This document shows positions 55,098-64,000 of a stretch of DNA of 64,000 bases, piece after piece. Position 1 is the first letter of the stretch. Each line of letters opens with the position of its first letter. The notes beneath the pieces are model-generated. The model ran no database searches. It was given only the letters and a program-made list of their open reading frames with translations, and was not told the DNA's origin. The translations under genes were made by a program, and so were the position numbers. Source of the stretch: Octopus vulgaris (taxonomy: Eukaryota); contig OX597824.1 of assembly GCA_951406725.2 (NCBI GenBank), forward strand, positions 57,722,001-57,786,000, written 5' to 3'.

Positions 55098-55800
55098 CGT
55101 CTGCTGCTGGAGAGGACCGATCAGGTAAAGGACCTGGGTATCTTGGTGGATTCCTCCTTTTCACCTTCGGCCCAGTGCGTCCATGCTCCCAACAAAGCAC
55201 GCGGAATTCTGTTCTTGATTCGACGGTCATTCGGAATGCTCACAGCAGCCATATTCCTACCACTCTATGTCACGCTGGTGAGACCCATATTGGAGTACGG
55301 GATTCAAGACTCTTCTCCTTATCTCCTCAAAGACATACAGCATCTCGAAAGAGTCCAGAAGCTGGATACCCGCATGATTCATGGTCTCAAAAATTTGTCC
55401 TATGAAGAAAGGCTGAAGACGCTCGACCTTTATTCTCTAGAAAAACGCCGCCGCCGTGGTGATCTCATTCTCGCCCACAACATCATAAGCGGAAAGCGTA
55501 ACCTCTCGAAAGAGCTGTTCTTCACTCCTGCTCCAGAGCGTCGGCTGCGGGGTCATTCCGAAAAGCTCTACCTGCGACGATTTCATCTCAATCGAAGGAG
55601 AGAAGCTTTCTCCGACCGGGTTGCGGATCCGTGGAACAAGCTGCCAGACGAGATGGTGAAGATGCCGACGACCGCTTTGTTCAAAGCCTCCCTTGACCTT
55701 AAGTGTCCTGAACTCTTTACATGAACACCACCCTGTACTTAACTCCATGTCCCCCTACATGGCCTTGCTATTTACTTTTGAGCCAAATTAACTAACTAAC
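55098..55800 (+). mobile_element. CR1-like LINE 3' fragment (RT C-terminal/thumb region), 5'-truncated in (TA)n
   Basis: [57 protein letters not shown]; stop at 55724; (taac)n tail. Confidence 0.93.
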
Positions 55801-56019
55801 ATACTATATATCAACTATACATGAACTCTAAGATGTCTGACTCCGTTGTGTATTATAAATGAATTTCTTGTGTTTGACGGCATGAGCTGACTTTTTTTAT
55901 ATATAACTTTTTTTTGATAAGGTTCATTTCAGGAACAGAAACATGTTATAATGTATATATAAAAATTAAAAATTGTATAATACAGCAGCATTTCCGAACT
56001 TCATTTTTTACAAATATAT

Positions 56020-56053
<34 letters not shown>

Positions 56054-56072
56054 ACATGTAATTATATATAAA

Positions 56073-57607
56073 CACTTCGTCCCACGTTATTAGGCAAATC
56101 AACCATCTCAATAAATAAATGTATATTCGTTCAAAATCAGTTGTTCTCCCACATTCTGTTTAAATAAATCTGATCTGCGCAGACCAAAACAAACGGCAGC
56201 CATTATCGTGTAGCAGAAGCATTTCTGCTATCCTAAATTATTAGGCAGGTGTCCAATTTAAGTGTCATTGTGGGTCAGAAAAGTGATCTTACCTAGAATG
56301 AGAAGTCTAACATCATGTCAGAGCTTGGAAAAGGAAGAACAACCAGAGAAATATCCAAAATACTGGGAAGAAATCACCGAATAGTGAAGAAATTTGAGCA
56401 GTCTCCTATTTCTGTTCGGTCGAGGGCAGATAAAGGTAAGCCGAGGCTTCCTTCGAATCGTATTTTGTCGCATGTGAAAAAGGAAGTCGTGTGGAACTGA
56501 TGTCTGACAAGTAAGGTCTTCAAACGTTGTGGCAGGGAAAAGATATCGAAAACTACCAAGTGTTGCCTCTTGAAGCAGGTAGCCAGGAATGTTAAACCGT
56601 TACAAGGCTCCTCTGAAGGCTGTTCATAAGCAGAAGAGAATGAAATGGGCAGAACAATACATGAAGATAGATTTTTTAACAGTTCTGTTTACTGACGAAT
56701 GCCGTGCTATCTTTGACGGACCAGATGGCTGGAGTAAAAGTTGGGTATCAATCAGCGGGGACTATCACCATCACTTGAGACGCCAATAGGGGGAGGTGGG
56801 TCAAGTGTTGGGTTGGCGTCGTTGGTGGTATGATGGTGGGACCATGGAAAGTACCAGATGACATTAAGATGATATGTTACCTTCTTAAAGGGCAATTTCT
56901 CACCGTGCAAAAACTTGCATTCAAGAGAAAACTAGTTTTTATGCAAGATAATGTCCGGTCTCGTGCAGCGAAGAATTCTAATACATGCAGCAAATAGGCT
57001 TCTCTGGAGGTTTGATGGAGTGGCCACCTTGTTTTCCTGACTTAAACCTGATCGAGAACCTGTGGAGTGTCCTGAAGAGGTGCGTTTACCAAGATGGACG
57101 GCAGTTTTTAAGTAAAGTTGCCCCCTGGAATGCTATTTGTAGATGTTACTCAAAGCATGACACAAGAGAATATCATCACCTTGACAAATTCATTGGATCA
57201 GTGCGTAAGGAAGATTATTGCATGTGGAGGATCATACATCAAACATTAGGAGCTGTATGCCATTATAATCCCATGATTATTTTCATTCGAACGTATTATT
57301 ATATTTACCATTAAGTCCTTTAAGAATTTTTTTTCGTTAAACCTTTACTGTTGAATTAAATAAATGTTTGTTCTGACACAGTTCTCATTTTTAATTTATA
57401 TTTGACTAATAATGTGTGACTGCGAAAATGTTGCCCAATCACAAAAATGGCCGCTATTTATTGGCATCTGCACAGATCCGATTTATTTTAACAGAATGTG
57501 CGCAGATAGGTGTTGCCAAGAGTCAGTGAGAAAACAACTGGTTTTGAACGAATACACATTTATTTATTGAGAGAAGGTTGATTTGCCTAATAATGTGGGA
57601 GGCAATG
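56073..57607 (+). mobile_element. Tc1-like transposon with long IR-DR termini, TRT/DD37E-like, decayed
   Basis: Long inverted ends (about 56073-56250 and 57400-57607) with internal direct repeat ttattaggca; LFTDECRAIFDGPDGW, FMQDN, LMEWPPCFPDLNLIENLWS. Confidence 0.88.
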
Positions 57608-58630
57608 TATATGTGTGTGTGTGTGTGTTTGTATGTGTGTGTGTGTTTGTATGTGTGTGTGCGTGTGTGTGTGTTTATGTGCGTGCATGTCATTTATATA
57701 CATGCCAAAGACATATATGTGTATAAGCGTATATGTATGCATTTGCACACATACACATATAAGCACATATATACACACACATCCGTGGAACTGTGTCTGT
57801 GTAAGTGTGCGCTCGCACGCTCGCATGTACAATGCATATGTTTGTGTGTGATGTTTGTATATAATTGAATATCCTTGAATCAATACCGTCATCATCACTG
57901 TCCTCGTCGTTTTGGCGTCCACTGTCCTTTGTTTGCATGGATAAGAGGGAATTCGCTGGGGCAGATTTCCACGGCCTTCTCCATATATTAAAAAGGAAAA
58001 TTAGATTTTATGATTATTTATTAAAAAATCTCTCTCTATCTAAATTATGAACACCAAGTAAAGAGCAAAATGTAAGCATTAAGACATCAAACCATAAAGT
58101 TATGAAAACCATTTCCGAAAAAGAAAAAAAAAAAAAATTTCATTCCAATCCTAATTACCGAATGTTCTAGTTTATGTATATCTATATTCCTCTTTTTGAT
58201 TGGTTTCTCTTCGCCTTGGACAAATTTTTACTTGGGTGCAATACAATCATTATTCTCTTGGAACGAATTAAAATTATTTTGACATCCAAGTTATTTTCAT
58301 TGGAAAACCCAATTACTATATTTCCGAAAGTACAGCGTTCATGTTGTTCCGTTATTTACTAAAGAAAATCCCCGCAAAATCCTCGGAAAACCAGGCGAAG
58401 CCATTGTTCAACACATACACGACTCCCTGAGTTTAGAAAGCATTGATTTCTAAAACAAATTGAAAAATAAGTGGGTAAGAATCTGAGATGGATGGCGACG
58501 ACAAAGTGACCAGAAAAAAATTGCCCCAGCGCCTAATGTAATTTGTGTGTGTGCGTGCACATATGTATGCATATGTACACATACATATAACATATACACA
58601 CACATATAGCATATACATACATATAGTATA

Positions 58631-58681
<51 letters not shown>

Positions 58682-59029
58682 GCATATGCTATATGTGCGC
58701 GTACATATGCATACATAAACACATGTATACATACTCATGCATACATATAAACGTATACATACATCAATACACACACATATTTATCTAGAAGTCTTTGGTG
58801 CAAAAATATTTACCGCTTCTGTTAGTTTGAACTTAATGCTTAGTTTGGAATAAACTTTTATTTTGCTATCTTTATTTTAATACATCACTTGGAATTACAA
58901 GTTATTCCAATAGTTTCTTTCATTGTCCTTTATTTGCCTCTGTTATATTAGAAATAAAAGAAAACCCAAATTCAAAGAATTTTAGAGTATAAGATTTTAG
59001 TGGATAATGTGTAACGCAATACATTGTAA

Positions 59030-59520
59030 CCAAGTTCCAACATTATTCAAATAACTTGAGGGGTTAAGAACGACCTAAACGTTGAACGAAAACTCAATTG
59101 TTTGAGAGACGGGAGGCGAACGCGCAAAACGAAAACAAAAAGATGGATCGCCGTTACGGCATCTGTCCTAACTTTCATTTTCAGTTGTGACAAATATGAA
59201 TTCTCTGCGGCAACCACCACAGTCCTGCGCAGTAGCTGAACAAATATGAACCACCGAAATATTTTCTTCGGCAGAAGATGCATCATAAATTGGTTATGGT
59301 CATTATTTAGTGGTTGTTAATCGAAAGTTACCTTCTATATTTTAATTCTGGTGAAAGCATCACAATGAAGGCCCATTGCCAAAACTATATTACCACTTTC
59401 GACAAACTGTGCAGACATTACGTCCATCGTTGTTCAGTCCAAACGGATCAATTCTTTTTCACGACAGCACCAAATCACGTGATTCACAAATGACTGCTAA
59501 ACAAACTGGACTACAAAATT
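59030..59520 (+). pseudogene. Decayed mariner transposase fragments
   Basis: IFSCDK (cf. IVTCDEK) and NGSILFHDSTKSRDSQMT (cf. GPILLHDNARPHVSQMT). Confidence 0.55.
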
Positions 59521-59764
59521 CTATTTCAGTTAGTATATTGTATTGTAATATTTATGTATATTTGTATTTATGTATATTTGTATATTTGTATTTCTGTAAG
59601 TTGTATTTCTGACAGAAGTCGGTGGATCCTACTTTGAAGGACGTTAGAGTTCTGTACTTGTTTGAAATTGATGTCTCCTGAAAAAGTCGCATAACTTCTG
59701 GAATGTATCTCACATGTATGTGTATGCGTGTGCGTGTATGTATGTATGTATGTATGTATGTATG

Positions 59765-59852
<88 letters not shown>

Positions 59853-59912
59853 TATATAGTGAATTGAAGAAATGGAGTTGAACGAAGATTGAACAGAAAT
59901 CGTTTTATTGCA

Positions 59913-59992
59913 TTCTACACGTGTTTCGAAAGGCACAATTTACCAAATTCCGATTGAATAAGGAGACCATATTGTGTCTTTCTCTTCAGGAA
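59913..59992 (-). ncRNA. Type I hammerhead ribozyme, inverted copy
   Basis: Exact reverse complement of 60239-60318. Confidence 0.82.
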
Positions 59993-60238
59993 GAAATAGG
60001 AAATCCGTTGGAAAAAACAAAAACAGAACAGAGACGGAGCAAAACAAATCGAACGAGGCTCCTAAGAGCCCATGGCCAAACTGTTTATCAATGTATGTTG
60101 AAAACGGGTGGTGGGTGCGTTGAAGATTTTAACGGGTCAGGCAGCGGTCATTCCGGTGGGTGAGAGCACGGGGTGCTTAGATATTCTTTGTGACCGAGAC
60201 TGTTCTGTTTTTGTTTTTTCCAACGGATTTCCTATTTC

Positions 60239-60318
60239 TTCCTGAAGAGAAAGACACAATATGGTCTCCTTATTCAATCGGAATTTGGTAAATTGTGCCT
60301 TTCGAAACACGTGTAGAA
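60239..60318 (+). ncRNA. Type I hammerhead ribozyme with intact core
   Basis: ttc-CTGAAGA-gaaagacacaat...attgtgcctttc-GAAA-cacgtg-TA-gaa; stem II 11/12 paired; palindromic stem III. Confidence 0.82.
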
Positions 60319-60533
60319 TGCAATAAAACGATTTCTGTTCAATCTTCGTTCAACTCCATTTCTTCAATTCACTAATAATATTAAAATTCAATTATCCGCA
60401 CCAACGCACGGTTGCAACACCATAGGGTTGTACCTCCAACCGTGCTGTCTTCTGCTGTGATTTTTGCTACCAAGGTATCGGTTAAACTTTTGATTAATCT
60501 GCAACAAGATTATTCATCTTTCTATTTCACAAA

Positions 60534-60570
<37 letters not shown>

Positions 60571-60855
60571 CACACACACACACGTATATAAGAGGATAAT
60601 TTTATGACTTTGTTAAACCGAAGAGCAAAAAATAAAAATAAAAATAGCTGGAAGTGCTCAGGTGACACTGATGCGAAAGGGAAAATAAATTGAAAAGTAT
60701 AATCAATAAACGCTCTAATGAGTTTTACCGCCCAATTGTTTTAATATATATTTATATTCAACTTTTGATAATTTCGGAATGATATAAAGTTGTTTTGATT
60801 GATTGGTGAGTTTAATCATTATACCTTTCAATTTATATTTATATATATATTTATA

Positions 60856-61033
60856 GGCGCAGGAGTGGTTGTATGGCAAGTAGCTTACTTACCAACAACA
60901 TGTTTCCTGGTTAAGTCCCGCTGCGTGATACTTTCGGCAAGTGCCTTTCTACTGTAGCCTCGAGCCGACCAAAGCCTTGTGAGTGATTTTTTAGACGGAA
61001 AACTGAAAGAAGCCCGTCGTATATATGTATGTG

Positions 61034-61064
<31 letters not shown>

Positions 61065-61270
61065 TTGTGTGTGTCTGTGTTCGTCTCCCAACATCGCTTG
61101 ACAACCAATGCTGGTGTATTTACGTCCCGTAACATAGCGGTTCGGCAAAATAGACCGATAGAATAAGTACTAGGCTTACAAAGAATAAGTCGTGGGGTCG
61201 ATTTGCTTGAAAAAAGGCGGTGCTCCAGCATGGCCGCAGTCAAATGACTGAAACAATTAAAAGCGTAAAA
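60856..61270 (+). mobile_element. SINE family 1, near-complete
   Basis: Colinear with 29718-30160. Confidence 0.9.
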
Positions 61271-61316
61271 TAGTGTATATATATATATGTGTGTGTATGT
61301 ATAGAAATATATATAT

Positions 61317-61628
61317 ATATTGTTATATTTCGGAATGGTCATATTGCCAGTTTAGCCAATAAAAACACACGCACTATATATTTGGTGTTATTTTGCTTCA
61401 GTGATATTTATTTTTTACATTAATCTTAATCTTATTTCGGCCAAAGTTCTTTCGTCACACTCCTGTGAATAGAAAACTAGAATGGAGCAATAGCGCACAC
61501 CACAACATATGACGATAGTGGATCCTGCAAACATAATAAATACACAGATAATTAAAGAAATAGAAATGAATAACTATATATATGTATATGTGTATGTATA
61601 TGTGTATATGTGTGTGTATATGTGTATA

Positions 61629-61673
<45 letters not shown>

Positions 61674-61674
61674 G

Positions 61675-61706
<32 letters not shown>

Positions 61707-62238
61707 TTTTTTTTCAATTAGATTTATTATTATTATTACTAATATTGTTGTTATACATACATACAAGCATATGTAATGATAATAATGGGTGGATGTAAAC
61801 ATGAACAAAATTAGAACAAAAGCAACAACAAAAACAAAATACAAATTACAAGAATGTATATAACCAGAAGATACAAATATTACAGGCATCCCCCCACACA
61901 CACACTAAATAAACATAGACGCACATAGAGATATAAGCATGCGCAGATGAAGACATACAATAGAAATACAAAATGGCTGACGGTTAGTAAGGAGAGACAC
62001 AAGTAAGTGAGAAGAAAACAAAGGACCACTGATGCGGTCACAGGAGTGTGACGAAAGAACTTTGGCCGAAATAAGATTAAGATTAATGTAAAAAATAAAT
62101 ATCACTGAAGCAAAATAACACCAAATATATAGTGCGTGTGTTTTTATTGGCTAAACTGGCAATATGACCATTCCGAAATATAACAATATCTGTTTCAACA
62201 CACGACTTCACATAAAAAATCTTGCACACAACATATAT

Positions 62239-62240
<2 letters not shown>
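61317..62240 (+). mobile_element. Hammerhead-bearing element with 152-bp inverted terminal segment
   Basis: Arms 61317-61468 and 62038-62189; hammerhead-like 62026-62065 (cca-CTGATGC-g-gtcaca(ggag)tgtgac-GAAA-gaac-TT-tgg); TA tracts on both sides. Confidence 0.82.
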
Positions 62241-62290
<50 letters not shown>

Positions 62291-62640
62291 ATTCCCTAGT
62301 TTTGTCGGGACGTTCGGAGTCTGCGCAGTGATATGATTAGTTAGGGAGAGTAAATCATTAGAAGCACATGCTTCTAGTGAGTTAGGATTTCAGAAAAACA
62401 GGGTCTCACTGAAGAATTCTCCCTGAGCAAATAAATTATCTTTATTGCTGAAAAGAAAGAAACTGCAGTCTGAGAATTACCGGTTCAGTAAATGTTTTTA
62501 TCTTCATTTCACTTAATTTATCAAGCTTCTGTATTCCTAGCACATATTTCGCCTTAATGTACTGATATATGAAAAATATATGGCTTGTGTTAGTAATACC
62601 AGCGATTATAATTATTTTTATTTTATCGCAATTTGATGTG

Positions 62641-62677
<37 letters not shown>

Positions 62678-62719
62678 GTACATATACATTTATATATATC
62701 CAGTGACAGGTCCCCTTCA

Positions 62720-62835
62720 CTTTTGTGCTCTTTATTAGCTGTGTGAATTGGTGCATTATCATCCTGGACTACCATCAGGGAACAATGTTTGTATCGATGG
62801 AATATTATAATCCTTGTAGAACACCCAAAGGGCAA
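62720..62835 (-). pseudogene. Tc1 transposase fragment
   Basis: VVQDDNAPIHTANK motif. Confidence 0.6.
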
Positions 62836-63518
62836 AAAAATTCCAAATCCTCCTAGACCGATCTCCGTTCCTCAAGGCTGGATGCTTCCTCGGGCTGACT
62901 TCGAACATAAACTCGCTCCGAAGTGGGGTAAAAGATTAATGATGAATCATTAGCGAAGGTAACGTTGTTCCATTGAGACATCGACAACTTTTGGCAGCCT
63001 CGATATCAATTTTCCTCAGCAATGTTGATGGAAGACGGAGAGGTTCAGCAGTTGTGACCTTGATTTAGGTTTGCTATCACTTAATCTGCCGCTGTTCGAA
63101 AGTTTCCAGATACAATATGTCTCATTTTTTTTTTTTTTTTTGTGTGTGGTTCCTTTCAGTGAGTTTTGCCTTTCAATTCGAATTCTACTTAAAAGAACTG
63201 GTTTTATTTTGATACTGGAAAGCTGACATGATTTTAGAGACTGCAGCTCTCAAAATATTAAGCAATTCAGCAGTTTTAGTTAAGCTCCGACCATCCGCAT
63301 TCCAACAGCTTATCCTCTCTGGACATCCGATGGTTGACGAATTTTAACATATATAAATTTAAATAACAACAAAAGATAAAAAGAAAACAGGTATATATCA
63401 TAAAGAACACACGATATAAACTGCATCTGAAAACATTCAGACTAGAAGAGTTTTGAATTAGTCATTATGCCAATAGAATAGATAAATCAAAGCGGTGTTT
63501 CCATTATATGTGTACATA

Positions 63519-63595
<77 letters not shown>

Positions 63596-63597
63596 TG

Positions 63598-63864
63598 TTG
63601 TGTCTGGGGAGAGTCATTTTCTTTTTATGCCTTATAATATAAAAAACTCACCGGTAAAATTTCCACTTTTTTCTTATTTTAATTTTCCTAAAATTTTTGT
63701 TGCGTCTTGCAACCTTTTCAATAGTTTTGACTCTCAAAACTATTGGAAAGGTTGCAAGACGCAACGTAAAGTTTTGGAAAATAAAAATAAGAAAAAGTGG
63801 AAATTTTACCGGTGAGTGTTTTATATTATAAGGCACAAAAGAAAATGACTCTCTCCAGACACAA
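63598..63864. repeat. 267-bp fold-back element (about 132-bp arms, 3-nt loop)
   Basis: ttgtgtctggggagagtcattttc...gttttga-ctc-tcaaaac...gaaaatgactctctccagacacaa; single-arm relatives at 7393-7445 and about 46160-46262. Confidence 0.92.
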
Positions 63865-64000
63865 AAGAAAATGCTTCAACACACGAACTCATATAAAGAA
63901 TCTTGCAAACCAAATCCAAAAACGAAATATATATATACACGTAAGTATTTAGGTGTATATATATAATATATATATATATATGTATATACGCATGTGCATG

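Larger units (their letters stand above)
59857..60535 (+). mobile_element. Hammerhead-bearing non-coding element with a perfect 175-bp inverted repeat, inside (TA)n
   Basis: Arms 59857-60031 and 60200-60374 with no mismatch seen; 168-bp spacer; sequence continues to (TA)n at about 60535. Confidence 0.88.

Overview
AT-rich eukaryotic, repeat-saturated DNA with no recognisable host protein-coding exon. The SINE and microsatellite landscape matches my recollection of octopod cephalopod (Octopus) genomes; this is inference, not a database result. Nearly all ORF-track entries are artefacts of (TA)n, (CA)n, (TACA)n, (AAT)n and (GAA)n microsatellites. Real coding traces are all decayed transposons: Tc1/mariner copies (DD34E, mariner, a TRT/DD37E-like copy with IR-DR ends), an R4/Dong-like LINE in (TAA)n, a Tx1/L1-like LINE, a CR1-like 3' fragment, two Penelope-like GIY-YIG remnants, non-autonomous Helitrons and many tRNA-derived SINEs. 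The main signal is non-coding. At least 13 minimal type I hammerhead-ribozyme motifs (CUGANGA - stem II - GAAA - short palindromic stem III - UH), plus several decayed ones, belong to about 9 unrelated short families. Most lie between (TA)n tracts and several carry an inverted terminal copy, the architecture of Penelope pseudo-LTRs or retrozyme-like elements. The most striking element (19696-20484) joins a Penelope GIY-YIG C-terminus to a terminal repeat made of a tRNA-derived Pol III module (A/B boxes), (AAT)n and a hammerhead. It is duplicated as an inverted repeat and has a candidate target-site duplication.
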